From assembly GCA_963662465.1 (NCBI GenBank), contig OY759599.1:4032001-4096000 (forward strand): a DNA stretch of 64,000 bases, read 5' to 3'. A program made the translations under genes and the position numbers. The first letter of the stretch is position 1, and every line of letters starts with the position of its first letter. Of the stretch, positions 32,431 through 42,138 are shown one piece after another. This DNA comes from Desulfatiglandales bacterium. Lineage in GTDB: Bacteria > Desulfobacterota > DSM-4660 > Desulfatiglandales > Desulfatiglandaceae. Under the pieces are notes generated by a model that was not told where the DNA came from, ran no database searches, and saw only the letters and a list, made by a program, of their open reading frames with translations.

Positions 32431-33078
32431 ATGAGTGCGAATAAAAAAACCAAGAACTACAAAATAGGCATGGATGGTGATTGGTCATTGGAAGATTTGT
32501 ATTCATTTCCTCATACATACATCCAAATTTATTCATTTCTATATTCATTTCTGAGGCCAATAGCCGATTTCGATGACGAAGATGATAGGTTGGTAATAAC
32601 TTATTCAATTCACCCGTGGAGAGGGGGTTATAGCGCGGTAAATTTTTATAACAATCTAAAATCCATTGTTGAGCCCGAGCATCGTCCTCAAATAAAATCT
32701 ATACAATACGCATCTCCAGGGTGGATAGAACTTACTGTAATTGTTGGAATTGCTCTAAATATTAAGAGAATAGTTTTATGCTTCACTGAAGCAGCCAATG
32801 AATTAAATAAATTATACAATAATATTTACAAAGGAATGCATGAGAGAAAGATGATGGATATAGAAGCAAAAAGACAGACACTGCTTCTTACAAAAGATCA
32901 GAGCGATTTTGCAATTGAATCAGCTAACAAACTATGTCACTTGTTGGGTTTTAAAAACGTGGCTCAAATTCAAAAATTAACAAAAAACCCATTAGCCACT
33001 TTAAAAATTCTGCTTTCCTTTTATCGCAAAATTAAAGTGCTTGCTGAGTTTAATGTTAATGGAAAAACAAAGCTTTAG
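32431..33078 (+). CDS. Cassette 2 hypothetical protein
   Basis: 215-aa AT-rich ORF filling the space between two attC sites. Confidence 0.75.
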   Translation: MSANKKTKNYKIGMDGDWSLEDLYSFPHTYIQIYSFLYSFLRPIADFDDEDDRLVITYSIHPWRGGYSAVNFYNNLKSIVEPEHRPQIKSIQYASPGWIELTVIVGIALNIKRIVLCFTEAANELNKLYNNIYKGMHERKMMDIEAKRQTLLLTKDQSDFAIESANKLCHLLGFKNVAQIQKLTKNPLATLKILLSFYRKIKVLAEFNVNGKTKL

Positions 33079-33170
33079 GCCCTAACAATAGCGTCAACCT
33101 GACCGCGTAAACGGTGGCGGCGCTACGCGGCAAGTTTAATAGCGCGGTCAGGTTACGCAAGACATTAGCC
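33079..33170 (+). repeat. attC-like site 2 (core GTT changed to ATT)
   Basis: GCCCTAAC...AACCTGACCGCG...CGCGGTCAGGTT...ATTAGCC. Confidence 0.8.
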
Positions 33171-33188
33171 CACGATAGGGGGTTGCAG

Positions 33189-33878
33189 ATGGGAACCGAT
33201 ATCAAAATAGAGAAACGTATAGTTGCTTTAATTGAAAAAGGTGAGACACTTCGACAAGGTGACGACCAAGAAGGTGGTGCCATTGATGAAAACCATAAAC
33301 AAAATTGTTCTGGATGGATTGCCGCAGCGAGAAGCGTCACCCAGTTCATCCTTCCGTATCCAGAATTATTGTATAGAAAACACATTGAAGAAGTTGCATC
33401 TATAGATCGTGGGTGGATGATAAATAATTCTGTAGGTGAAATCACAGAGCTACTAAAACATCTGCTCAGCGATTTCAAAAACGGGCTTTTGTTTTCTATA
33501 GTAAACCAAACTCGCGCAGAGGTTTTTGACGACTTTCTGGATCATGCGCGAGCATATTTGGCAGATGGTCGCAAAAATGAAGCGGGTGTTATTGCAGGCG
33601 TTGTTTTCGAAGACACATTGCGCAGAATATGTAAAAATCATAAAATTGAAGAGACTGGAAAAAAACTCGACTTCCTTATAACCGAGCTTAACAAAGAAGG
33701 CATAATAACTGGCATAATGGCTAAAAGAGGTAGAGCGTGCGCGCATGTAAGAACTAAAGCAACGCATGCGCAGTGGGATGAATTCGAAGTTGGTGACGTT
33801 GAGGCAACTATGGCTTTTACAGATGAACTTATTCTCAAAAAATTAGATAGCGAGAGAAAAACGGGGACAGGCAAATAA
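33189..33878 (+). CDS. Cassette 3 DUF4145/HEPN-like protein
   Basis: C-terminal 'AGVIAGVVFEDTLRRIC' and 'RTKATH' (Rx4H). Confidence 0.65.
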   Translation: MGTDIKIEKRIVALIEKGETLRQGDDQEGGAIDENHKQNCSGWIAAARSVTQFILPYPELLYRKHIEEVASIDRGWMINNSVGEITELLKHLLSDFKNGLLFSIVNQTRAEVFDDFLDHARAYLADGRKNEAGVIAGVVFEDTLRRICKNHKIEETGKKLDFLITELNKEGIITGIMAKRGRACAHVRTKATHAQWDEFEVGDVEATMAFTDELILKKLDSERKTGTGK

Positions 33879-33896
33879 TGTTCTGTCGAAAACAAA

Positions 33897-33956
33897 ACCG
33901 AACAAAGCAAATCCAGCCGACGCCAAAAGCCGCGCGGCTAATTAGCGGCGTTGGGC
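33897..33956 (+). repeat. attC-like site 3
   Basis: ACCGAAC...CAGCCG...CGGCTA...GTTGGGC; near-identical to site 4. Confidence 0.85.
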
Positions 33957-33982
33957 GTCAAATATGACGAGAAAGGAATCTC

Positions 33983-35017
33983 GTGACAGAACTTGCCCCC
34001 AAACTAAAAGTTGTGGTGACGCATCCGCTTTGGATGTACGACGAGGGCGAGCAGCACCTTCTATCGTCCCTGCTCCTCATATGTGACAAGATTATAACGT
34101 TGGACCTTCCCAAACATTGTTATAAGCATGATCATGTCGACAAGGCACGTGGCTTTTTCGCCGCATATATCCACGATAATTGGTGCTCGGCAGCTTGGGA
34201 TGAAGGTCTTCTTGAAGAACCCGATGGTATCGACGAAGTTGTCATAAAATGTAGGGACTCCTTGAAGGAGCAGGCCCAAAGAGATGGCACGGTCAACAAA
34301 CTACGTTGGCCCGTGAACCCGGAAGAACTTGTCGCGAGAGCGTACCTTGAGTTGTCGCGGAAGGGCTCTCTCCAGACAAGAGGCCAGGTATACCCGCTCT
34401 CGATTTCGGATGAGGCACCAGCGACCGATGTTCACTCGAACACCGCTGTCGTTGCCCACTACTACCTTGCGAGAGCGGCACTTGCAGTGGCACTTCCCTC
34501 CATCCCGGTATTCGAGAACGCGGAACAGGTTCTACAGGTGAGGACTACTTGTCTTCAATCAGGCGAATTGGCTCAGTTCCAGGCACTTATTCGGCGTTTG
34601 ACTAGCGATCTCAATGCCATGATGCTTGGGTCCGCAAGTGCGATTGATATAGAAGGGTGGGCATCCGCCAAGGCCGAGACGGATGTCAGACTTTCCCTCT
34701 ATGAGCTTGATCGAAAGATATCGAGTCTGAAGTCTTCTCGCAGATTCGCATTCCTCAGAGACAAGGAATGCCTGACTTCATTGTTTAGCCTGATCGATCC
34801 AACGTCATGGGTTGGTTTTCTCAAGAATATAGTCGTCAATTTGCCTGGCATCGCTGAAGGCCTTCAAACATTAATTGACCCCGAGACGCAGACGCTGAAG
34901 CGTAATCCAAGTCTTGCGTATCTGTATCGACTCTCAAAGGCATCGACATCTGTGGGGAGGCGTGCCATGCCCAACAAGGCTAATTCAGCCGACGTAAAAA
35001 GCCGCGCGGCTGATTAG
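33983..35017 (+). CDS. Cassette 4 hypothetical protein
   Basis: 344-aa ORF whose C-terminus reads into the attC. Confidence 0.7.
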   Translation: MTELAPKLKVVVTHPLWMYDEGEQHLLSSLLLICDKIITLDLPKHCYKHDHVDKARGFFAAYIHDNWCSAAWDEGLLEEPDGIDEVVIKCRDSLKEQAQRDGTVNKLRWPVNPEELVARAYLELSRKGSLQTRGQVYPLSISDEAPATDVHSNTAVVAHYYLARAALAVALPSIPVFENAEQVLQVRTTCLQSGELAQFQALIRRLTSDLNAMMLGSASAIDIEGWASAKAETDVRLSLYELDRKISSLKSSRRFAFLRDKECLTSLFSLIDPTSWVGFLKNIVVNLPGIAEGLQTLIDPETQTLKRNPSLAYLYRLSKASTSVGRRAMPNKANSADVKSRAAD

Positions 35018-35028
35018 CGGCGTTAACC
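34969..35028 (+). repeat. attC-like site 4
   Basis: GCCCAAC...CAGCCG...CGGCTG...GTTAACC. Confidence 0.85.
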
Positions 35029-35196
35029 GCGCGGCGTGAGTAGCATATACGAATTAGGGAAAATGGGTAAAAATGGGTAATCGGAAGTAAAGGGAACTAC
35101 CAATAAGGAAGAAGCTTTTTTTAAGCTTATTGCCGCAGATAACCCAAGGAGAAAAAGGCCAAAGAAGAACCGTAAACGTAATCGCGAGAAAATAGG

Positions 35197-35259
35197 TTCT
35201 AATAAATGGGTAAAGTTGACGTCCTGAAAAGAGGGCTCAAGTTACCTTTTTCGTTTGAT
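35197..35259 (+). repeat. attC-like site 5 (degenerate)
   Basis: TTCTAAT...TTGACGTCCTGAAAAGAGGGCTCAA...GTTTGAT; homologous to site 6. Confidence 0.65.
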
Positions 35260-35297
35260 GTAAATGGCAACAATTTTCAAAGGAAAGGTGGTACATT

Positions 35298-35510
35298 ATG
35301 GCCAACACGTATAGGGCTGTCACAAAGCAGGATGGCGAATGGTGGATTGGCTGGATTGAGGAGGTTCCTGGTGTGAACTGCCAAGAGCGTACTCGTGATG
35401 AACTGCTCAATAGCCTAAAGGTGACTCTGATGGAGGCCCTTGAGTTCAACAGGCTGGAGGCAATTCAAGCAGCCGCACCCAACTATGTTGAGGAACTGGT
35501 GACGGTATGA
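35298..35510 (+). CDS. hicB: HicB-family antitoxin
   Basis: 'WWIGWIEEVPGVNCQERTRDELL'. Confidence 0.85.
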   Translation: MANTYRAVTKQDGEWWIGWIEEVPGVNCQERTRDELLNSLKVTLMEALEFNRLEAIQAAAPNYVEELVTV

Positions 35511-35695
35511 AGCGTGGGGAACTCATCAAACATATGCGCAGGCATGGCTGCGCGTTTGTACGTGAGGGTGGTAGTCATTCCTGGTGGGAGAACGCAGCAG
35601 GAAATGGTAGATCCTCTGTGCCGCGTCATAACGAAATCAGGGACAACCTCGTACGCAAAATATGCAAGGACCTACGTATTCCTTTCGTGAGATGA
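35507..35695 (+). CDS. hicA: HicA-family toxin
   Basis: 'GCAFVREGGSH', 'VPRHNEI...RKICKDL'. Confidence 0.9.
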   Translation: MKRGELIKHMRRHGCAFVREGGSHSWWENAAGNGRSSVPRHNEIRDNLVRKICKDLRIPFVR

Positions 35696-35698
35696 GGC

Positions 35699-35763
35699 AC
35701 CGAACAGACGGGTGAAGTTGATGTTCTGAAAAGAGGGCTCAAGTTGCCCTTTTATCGTTAACC
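35699..35763 (+). repeat. attC-like site 6
   Basis: ACCGAAC...TTGATGTTCTGAAAAGAGGGCTCAA...GTTAACC. Confidence 0.75.
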
Positions 35764-35891
35764 AGCGGCGTCAGTAGCATATACGAAGATGAATGAAGCT
35801 GGTCAGAGTGTTTGACCGCAAGTGAAATGGGGCAGGTCTACTGTTGGCTGTTAGTCCTTTGAATGATAATTGGAATTCCGAGGATACTTAA

Positions 35892-35939
35892 TTCCAACCA
35901 AAAAAATCACCGGATAAACCGGTGATTTTCATGTTGGGC
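35892..35939 (+). repeat. attC-like site 7 (very short, 48 bp)
   Basis: TTCCAAC...AAAATCACCGG-ATAAA-CCGGTGATTTT...GTTGGGC. Confidence 0.7.
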
Positions 35940-36091
35940 CTGTGATGGCAAAGTCCTTGAGAAACAGTGCAAATACACAGATAGAAGTGTCTTTTTCAGC
36001 AACTTACGGTATACTATAAGATCCTAAAAAGAGAAAGATTTGGTTCGACTCGGTGAATGTAATTATAATCAGAAGTAAAGGAAAACAAAGA

Positions 36092-37276
36092 ATGAAAATC
36101 ACACAATTGGATATTGAGGGTTTCCGCTCTCTTCGAAATGTAAGCTGGTTTCCTGGTGATCTCAACGTGATTATCGGTCCTAACGGGACTGGCAAATCAA
36201 ATTTGTTACGATTAATGGAATTAATTTCCGTATCAGCACAGGGTAAACTCGGCAAATATATTCAATCGTTGGGTGGAATGGATCCGATTGTTTGGGACGG
36301 CACAGCTACTTCGATAAAGTTTGCCCTTGAGTCAATCCCTGAAGGAGGAGAGCTAGGTCCTGAACACTACGAGCTTGAACTAGCAAGGCTCGGGGCTGGA
36401 AGTTCATATAAAGTTGAAAAGGAACTTTTGATCAACTCTCATAAATTAAGGAAAAATATTGAAAAAAAACCATTTAAATTTCTAGAAAGATTCTCAAGGA
36501 CAGCTGTTATTTTTGATGAAACGGAACATACCTTTACTACTCCTGAAGAGTTTGTTTCAGAGGAGGAAAGTCTTCTTTCAATAGCATCAGGGCCATTTGT
36601 CAATAATCACTACATTCCACCTTTTCAACGGGAATTGGCATCTATTGCTGTTTATCATGATTTGCATACCAATAAGGACGCCTCTGTTCGTCAACCTGCT
36701 ATCTCTCGAATGGAAAAACGAGTTGATCCTGATGGACAAAATCTCATATCGGTTATGCATACGCTTTACACAGGTGATCGTGATTTTAAAAAAGATATAA
36801 ATTCTGCCATGCGAGCAGCATTTGGTGATGATTTTGAAGAGTTGGTTTTTCCTCCTGCGTCTGACCAGAGGATTCAAATGAGAGTTCGCTGGAGATCACT
36901 AAAGCGTGAGCAATCAGCTGCTGAGCTTTCAGACGGAACACTACGTTTTTTATTTTTGTTAACGGTGCTGGCAAGCCCATCACCGGCTCCAATTATCGCG
37001 ATCGATGAACCAGAGACAGGGCTGCATCCATCAATGTTGCCTTTGGTTGCGGAGTATGCAGTTGACGCAGCCACTAGATCTCAAGTTATTCTGACGACGC
37101 ATTCCCCACAATTCTTGGATGCTTTCGGTGGAACTCAGCCTACAACCACTGTTGCAACCTGGGAAAATGGTGAAACTTTATTAAAAACGCTAAAAGGAGA
37201 AAACCTTGACTACTGGCTGAACGAATACTCTCTGGGGGCTCTTTTTAAATCTGGAGAATTGGAGCAGATGATATGA
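36092..37276 (+). CDS. ABC/AAA_21-type ATPase (cassette-borne)
   Basis: 'GPNGTGKSN', 'LSDGT', 'IDEPETGLHP', 'TTHSP'. Confidence 0.9.
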   Translation: MKITQLDIEGFRSLRNVSWFPGDLNVIIGPNGTGKSNLLRLMELISVSAQGKLGKYIQSLGGMDPIVWDGTATSIKFALESIPEGGELGPEHYELELARLGAGSSYKVEKELLINSHKLRKNIEKKPFKFLERFSRTAVIFDETEHTFTTPEEFVSEEESLLSIASGPFVNNHYIPPFQRELASIAVYHDLHTNKDASVRQPAISRMEKRVDPDGQNLISVMHTLYTGDRDFKKDINSAMRAAFGDDFEELVFPPASDQRIQMRVRWRSLKREQSAAELSDGTLRFLFLLTVLASPSPAPIIAIDEPETGLHPSMLPLVAEYAVDAATRSQVILTTHSPQFLDAFGGTQPTTTVATWENGETLLKTLKGENLDYWLNEYSLGALFKSGELEQMI

Positions 37277-37902
37277 GATTTGTTTTTTTTGTGGAAGGCT
37301 ATACTGAAAATAAGTCGCTACCTAAATTTTTAAAAAAATGGCTTGATCCAAGATTAGATAATCCTGTCGGGATTCGAACTATCCGATTTGAAGGATGGTC
37401 TGAACTAGTAAAAGACGCTCCTCGAAAAGCAAAAATGCATCTGAATGGGCCAGATAAAGGCGATATTATTGCCGTGATTTCTTTGTTGGATCTTTACGGC
37501 CCGACCTTTTATCCGAATCATATTGAAAACTACGATGAGCGTTATGAGTGGGGGAAAAAATATATTGAAGACAAGGTAAATCATTCACGTTTTTTTCAAT
37601 TTTTTGCAGTTCATGAAGTTGAGGCATGGCTTCTGAGTCAACCAGATATCTTCCCTCTTAAAGTCAAAAATGCATTCCCCCCAAAGATTCAAAATCCGGA
37701 ATTGGTAAACTTTAATGAACCGCCGGCAAAATTATTGGAACGTCTTTATCGTTTGCATGTAAAAAGATCATATAAAAAAGTCGTGAACGGGAAAGAACTT
37801 TTCGATAAACTCGATCCGAATATCGCATATCACAAATGTCCAAAATTTAAAGAGCTTCTGGATAAAATGTTAGAGTTAGCCCAACCAGACGCTACACATT
37901 GA
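37273..37902 (+). CDS. DUF4276-like (TOPRIM-like) partner of the ATPase
   Basis: 'FFVEGYTE', 'LLDLYG', 'HEVEAWLL', 'YKKV', 'CPKF'; ATGA overlap. Confidence 0.8.
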   Translation: MRFVFFVEGYTENKSLPKFLKKWLDPRLDNPVGIRTIRFEGWSELVKDAPRKAKMHLNGPDKGDIIAVISLLDLYGPTFYPNHIENYDERYEWGKKYIEDKVNHSRFFQFFAVHEVEAWLLSQPDIFPLKVKNAFPPKIQNPELVNFNEPPAKLLERLYRLHVKRSYKKVVNGKELFDKLDPNIAYHKCPKFKELLDKMLELAQPDATH

Positions 37903-38003
37903 CCGCAAGGGGCGCGGTTTTATTACCGGTTGTCCCTTTTGTGTTTCCGGTTCTATTTGTAAGCGCTGAGTTCCCTTGCGGCAATTGAACTCGATTGTTA
38001 TAG
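37879..38003 (+). repeat. attC-like site 8
   Basis: GCCCAAC...TTGACCGCAAGGG...CCCTTGCGGCAA...GTTATAG. Confidence 0.75.
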
Positions 38004-38095
38004 CATCACACGAATAGATGCAACTCACAGGTCTCGTTTAGCCTTTCGGGGTGAAAGCAGTCCTTGACAAATTCCACTGCTAAAATGGAGGTACG

Positions 38096-39265
38096 ATGAC
38101 GTCGCCAATTAAAGACAAGTATGCTATCGTTGGAGTGGGATACACGCCCCAGGGCCGTGTCCCTGGAAGAACATCTCTCAGTTTCCATTTGGAGGCGTCA
38201 GCCAATGCCATCAAAGATGCCGGCCTGAATAAAGACGATGTGGACGGTTTCATCTGTTACCGCCACTTTCCCGCCGCTTCGGATGAGGACGACCTGACGC
38301 CCCAATTTATCGCTCAGCAACTCGGGATTTCCCCCGCCTACGTCAGCCAGGACGGCAACTGATCGCGAAATCACCTTCAGCACGCAGTTGGCGCGCTCGA
38401 ACTTGGTTTATGCCGTTACGTTCTTATCTCCTATGGTCACAATGCCCTTTCCAGCGACAGCATGTTTCAGATGCTTATGACATTATCAGGCGATGATGCC
38501 GTCTTCGGCCATTTTGGCGCCACCGGCGGTTATGCGCTCGCTGCCAGAAGGGCCATGCACCAATTCGGCACTGGACCTGAAACCTGGAAACAGATTGCCG
38601 TTGGGCAGCGAAAGTGGGCCAACCTCAACCCGGCCGCCATGATGCATGACAAGCTCATGACCGAAGCGGATTACGACAACGCAAGGTGGGTTGTCGAGCC
38701 GCTACGCCTGCCTGACAACTGCCTGATTAATGATGGCGGCCGCGCTATTATCGTCACCTCCCTTGAGCGGGCACGCGACCTGAAACAGCCTCCGGCAGTA
38801 ATAATGGGGATGGGGATGCACAATCCCTCGACGGTCATTGCTCAGTCCGACTGGATGGCTGGGCCCAGCGGCGCCAAACAGGCCGGAGAGGCAGCTTTTA
38901 AAATGGCGGACATCACCCTGAATGATGTGGATGCATGCCAGACCTATGACTGTTTTACCTACACTGTGGAACTCACTCTCCAGGACTATGGTTTTTTTAA
39001 ACCCGGCGAAGGGCGCGATTGGTTCCAGGGCGGAACGATTGAACCCGGCGGCAGGATGCCGGTGAATACTTCAGGCGGGCAGCTTTCGGAAGCCTACTTC
39101 ATGGGTCTGACGCCCATCGCCGAAAGCGCTGTGCAGCTTATGGGCCGGTGCGGGAAACGACAGCTCGGCCCCGCCACCCGGACCAAAGCGCCTGAGATTA
39201 TAATGTGTAGTGACAATGGTGGTATTTTGCAGAGTCACGCATGCATCCTGCTAAGGAGGTTGTAA
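38096..39265 (+). CDS. Thiolase-fold (SCP2-thiolase/Ltp2-like) protein, 389 aa, with in-frame TGA at codon 89 (candidate selenocysteine)
   Basis: ORFs 38096-38362 and 38462-39265 share a frame joined by 33 sense codons: 'QDGN-U-SRNHLQHAVGALELGLCRYVLISYG'; 'YDCF', 'GGQLSEAY'. Confidence 0.85.
38376..38401 (+). promoter_or_regulatory. Candidate bacterial SECIS hairpin
   Basis: TTCAGCACGC-AGTTG-GCGCGCTCGAA; loop starts 24 nt after TGA with G at loop position 2. Confidence 0.55.
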
Positions 39266-39267
39266 CG

Positions 39268-39687
39268 ATGCCATACGAAAAACCATTGCCAAAACTCAAT
39301 GGCGACAACACCCCCTTTTGGGAGGGGTGTCGCCGGCATGAACTCAGATTTCAGCAATGCAACGATTGTGGCCACGTCAGATGGCCGCCGTCCGATCTTT
39401 GCCCCCAGTGCCATTCCACTGAAATCAACTGGTTGATTTCCAAGGGGATCGGCAGGGTATACACATTTGCTGTCTACCACACCGCATTCCATTCGGGATT
39501 CGCAACCGACGTGCCATATACTGTGGCCGTCGTGGCGCTCGATGAGGGACCCCACCTTCTAACCAATATTGTCGACTGCCGACCCGATGAGGTGAGATGC
39601 GACATGCCGGTAGGGGTATTTTGGGAGGATGTCGACGAAAGAATAACACTGCCGAAATTCAAGCCATTATCGTGTGTCCGGGCATAA
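39268..39687 (+). CDS. DUF35 Zn-ribbon/OB-fold protein
   Basis: 'PFWEG', 'CNDCG', 'CPQC', 'GRVYTF', 'LDEGP'; AAGGAGGT RBS. Confidence 0.92.
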   Translation: MPYEKPLPKLNGDNTPFWEGCRRHELRFQQCNDCGHVRWPPSDLCPQCHSTEINWLISKGIGRVYTFAVYHTAFHSGFATDVPYTVAVVALDEGPHLLTNIVDCRPDEVRCDMPVGVFWEDVDERITLPKFKPLSCVRA

Positions 39688-39807
39688 AGCGACGATTGGC
39701 CGTACCCTGCCTGCTTAATTGCATAAAAAAAGAGGGCTAAGGGAACTTCCCTTCATATTCATGCGTTGGTCGTGAAGCACCAGGATGCGACCCCATTGCA
39801 TTTTTCC

Positions 39808-39840
39808 TTGACATGTTATTCCAAAATAGAATATTTCCAT
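39808..39840 (+). promoter_or_regulatory. Sigma70-type promoter with 17-bp palindromic operator
   Basis: TTGACA (39808-39813) then TATTCCAAAATAGAATA (39817-39833). Confidence 0.65.
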
Positions 39841-39897
39841 TTAGACTATTTTATCATACCGCAGTCGAGACCCGGTGATATTGAAAGGAGCAGCGAA

Positions 39898-42138
39898 ATG
39901 AAACGGATATTGTGGATGAGCATCTTGATGGGGTTTGCTATTTTTCCCGAACCGGTTTTTTCGGGAGAGGATATTACCGCCTTGCCTGACGTTGTCGTAG
40001 AAGGCAAATTCGCGGAACAGGATTTTGTGGGACCCGTGTTTACGGAAACCAACACCAAAACAAAAATCACGGAAAAAGGGATAAACGCCCTCGGTCCCGG
40101 CTCAAAAATGTCCGTGCCAAGAGCCATAAGTCTTATTCCATCCGTGAATCAGCAGAGCGTTGATCCAAATGGTCTTGCGGATATCAGCAATTATCACGAA
40201 TCTTTCAGGTTCAGGGGGATTGAACCCACCGGTGGCGGAAACCCCTCCACCCCAGTTAATGTGGAGAATATCCCGGTTACCGGAAGACCTGGGGGCGGCG
40301 GAAACATCTATGATCTGGAAAATTTTGGAAGCATATCCATTTATAAGGGAGGCGTTCCAGCCGATAAGGCATTCGGATTGACGAATATCGGCGGAAAAAT
40401 TGATATGGCGGTAAAAAAACCCAAGGGAGAATTCGGTTTCGATTTGAAGCAGGCCTTGGGAAGTCATGACTTCAGAAGGACTTTTTTGCGTCTTGATACG
40501 GGATTGTTTTCCACCGAAACCGCGGGTTTCCTGTCATATTCCAACACCAACGCCGACAAATGGAAGGGCGAAGGGGATTCCAATCGAAATAATGCAATGC
40601 TCGGTTTGACTCAGAAAGTCGGCGACGGATTAAAAATAGAAGCATTCTCCATCTACAACAACGCAAAGATCAATCCCTACAGACCGCTTAATTATAAAGA
40701 GGCGTCATCGCTAAGCAAGAATTACAATTTTGATTATACGGATAATAGTGCCGACTATTTCTATTATGGTTACAATAAAAGTGATTTTGAAGATTATAAT
40801 ATTTTTGCAAATATTGAATATAAGTTTAATAAAAATTCCAGCATAATGGTGAAGCCGTTTTATTGGAAAGATGATGGCTATTATCTGGAAACCATCACAA
40901 TGAAAAACGGAAAAAACCGGATCAGACGATGGGACATAGACCATGAGTTGAGCGGCGTTTTAAGCCAATATTCATTGAAAATTCAATCAGCGGACTTTAA
41001 TGTGGGCTATTTTTATCTTGAGCAGGAAAGACCCGGACCGCCCACCTCATGGAAATTGTATAAGGTATCGTCCGGCAATCTTGATTTCGACAAATGGCAG
41101 GTCCTTTCCAATTCTTCAAAGCACCGTCAACATGTTCCTTTTGTATCAGGGAAATATTCAATAGGGCCCTTCAATATTGAAGGCGGCATCAAATATCTGA
41201 GATATTCAATGCCGGACATCACCACATACGACACAACCGGCATCCCGGATGTCAGCTATGAAGACGCCCTCGGCATGGTGACCGGCACTGAAGCGGATGC
41301 AAGTGCCAATTCAAAAGATTTCAATGAAATTCTTCCCAATTTCGGTTTGAATTACAGGATAAACGATGAATTGAATGGCTATTTTTCATATGGCAGAAAT
41401 TATGGCATGAGTGTGGCCCTTTACCCCTATTTTATCTCGCAAAAAAGTGCTTTCTATAAAAAAGGCATCACGCTGCAGGATCTCTGGAATAAACAGGAAC
41501 TCGAAATTGCGGACAATTTTGATGTGGGGTTGCGATACATCACGGACAACCTGTATGTGGCGCCCACCCTTTATTATGCCAAACACAAAAATAAGACCGC
41601 ACCTTATTACGACGCCTCCATCGAGGCCACCTTCCCCGCCGCGGTTTTTGATGCGGATGCATACGGTTTCGAATTGGAGGCAGGCGTTATGCCTTTGGAA
41701 AATCTGTCTCTCTATGGATCCTTTTCCTACAACAGATTCTGTTTTTCCCAAGATATTTATGATCAGGCGGGCGCCGCTATTTCAGTAAAGGGCAACCAGG
41801 TGCCTGATGCCCCGGAATTTCTGGCGAAAGGCATCGCAAGTTACAGCATCGGATATTTTACCTTTTCTCCCGTTGTGAGATATACCTCCAGCAGATATGG
41901 CGACATTTTGCATGAAGAAAAAATTGACGGCGCAACGCTCTTTGATTTCGATATTACCTATACAACAGCCTTTCCAAAGATTAAGATTCAAAAACTGGAT
42001 CTTTCCCTTGCTTTTAATAATATATTTGATAAAGAATACATTAGCATTATCAATACCGCTGATTATAAGACCCTTGGGTCATCCTATCAGACAGGTGCGC
42101 CGTTTAATGTTTTCTTCTCTGTTTCGGCTTCTTTTTAA
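39898..42138 (+). CDS. TonB-dependent receptor 1
   Basis: Signal peptide, TonB box 'PDVVVEG', plug, beta-barrel, 'NIFDKEY', terminal F. Confidence 0.92.
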   Translation: MKRILWMSILMGFAIFPEPVFSGEDITALPDVVVEGKFAEQDFVGPVFTETNTKTKITEKGINALGPGSKMSVPRAISLIPSVNQQSVDPNGLADISNYHESFRFRGIEPTGGGNPSTPVNVENIPVTGRPGGGGNIYDLENFGSISIYKGGVPADKAFGLTNIGGKIDMAVKKPKGEFGFDLKQALGSHDFRRTFLRLDTGLFSTETAGFLSYSNTNADKWKGEGDSNRNNAMLGLTQKVGDGLKIEAFSIYNNAKINPYRPLNYKEASSLSKNYNFDYTDNSADYFYYGYNKSDFEDYNIFANIEYKFNKNSSIMVKPFYWKDDGYYLETITMKNGKNRIRRWDIDHELSGVLSQYSLKIQSADFNVGYFYLEQERPGPPTSWKLYKVSSGNLDFDKWQVLSNSSKHRQHVPFVSGKYSIGPFNIEGGIKYLRYSMPDITTYDTTGIPDVSYEDALGMVTGTEADASANSKDFNEILPNFGLNYRINDELNGYFSYGRNYGMSVALYPYFISQKSAFYKKGITLQDLWNKQELEIADNFDVGLRYITDNLYVAPTLYYAKHKNKTAPYYDASIEATFPAAVFDADAYGFELEAGVMPLENLSLYGSFSYNRFCFSQDIYDQAGAAISVKGNQVPDAPEFLAKGIASYSIGYFTFSPVVRYTSSRYGDILHEEKIDGATLFDFDITYTTAFPKIKIQKLDLSLAFNNIFDKEYISIINTADYKTLGSSYQTGAPFNVFFSVSASF

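Larger units (their letters stand above)
30230..38003 (+). mobile_element. Integron-type gene-cassette array without integrase in this window (CALIN-like)
   Basis: Eight attC-like imperfect palindromes between co-oriented, mostly AT-rich genes; four cassettes have exactly complementary start and end core sites. Confidence 0.85.

Noticed and set aside
32340..38003. Spaced palindromic repeats as a possible CRISPR array
   Set aside because: Repeats are heterogeneous, separated by gene-sized intervals and have attC-type cores; no cas genes
38096..39687. Thiolase-DUF35 pair as an integron cassette
   Set aside because: No attC or CTATAAC complement found downstream; composition resembles the host genes
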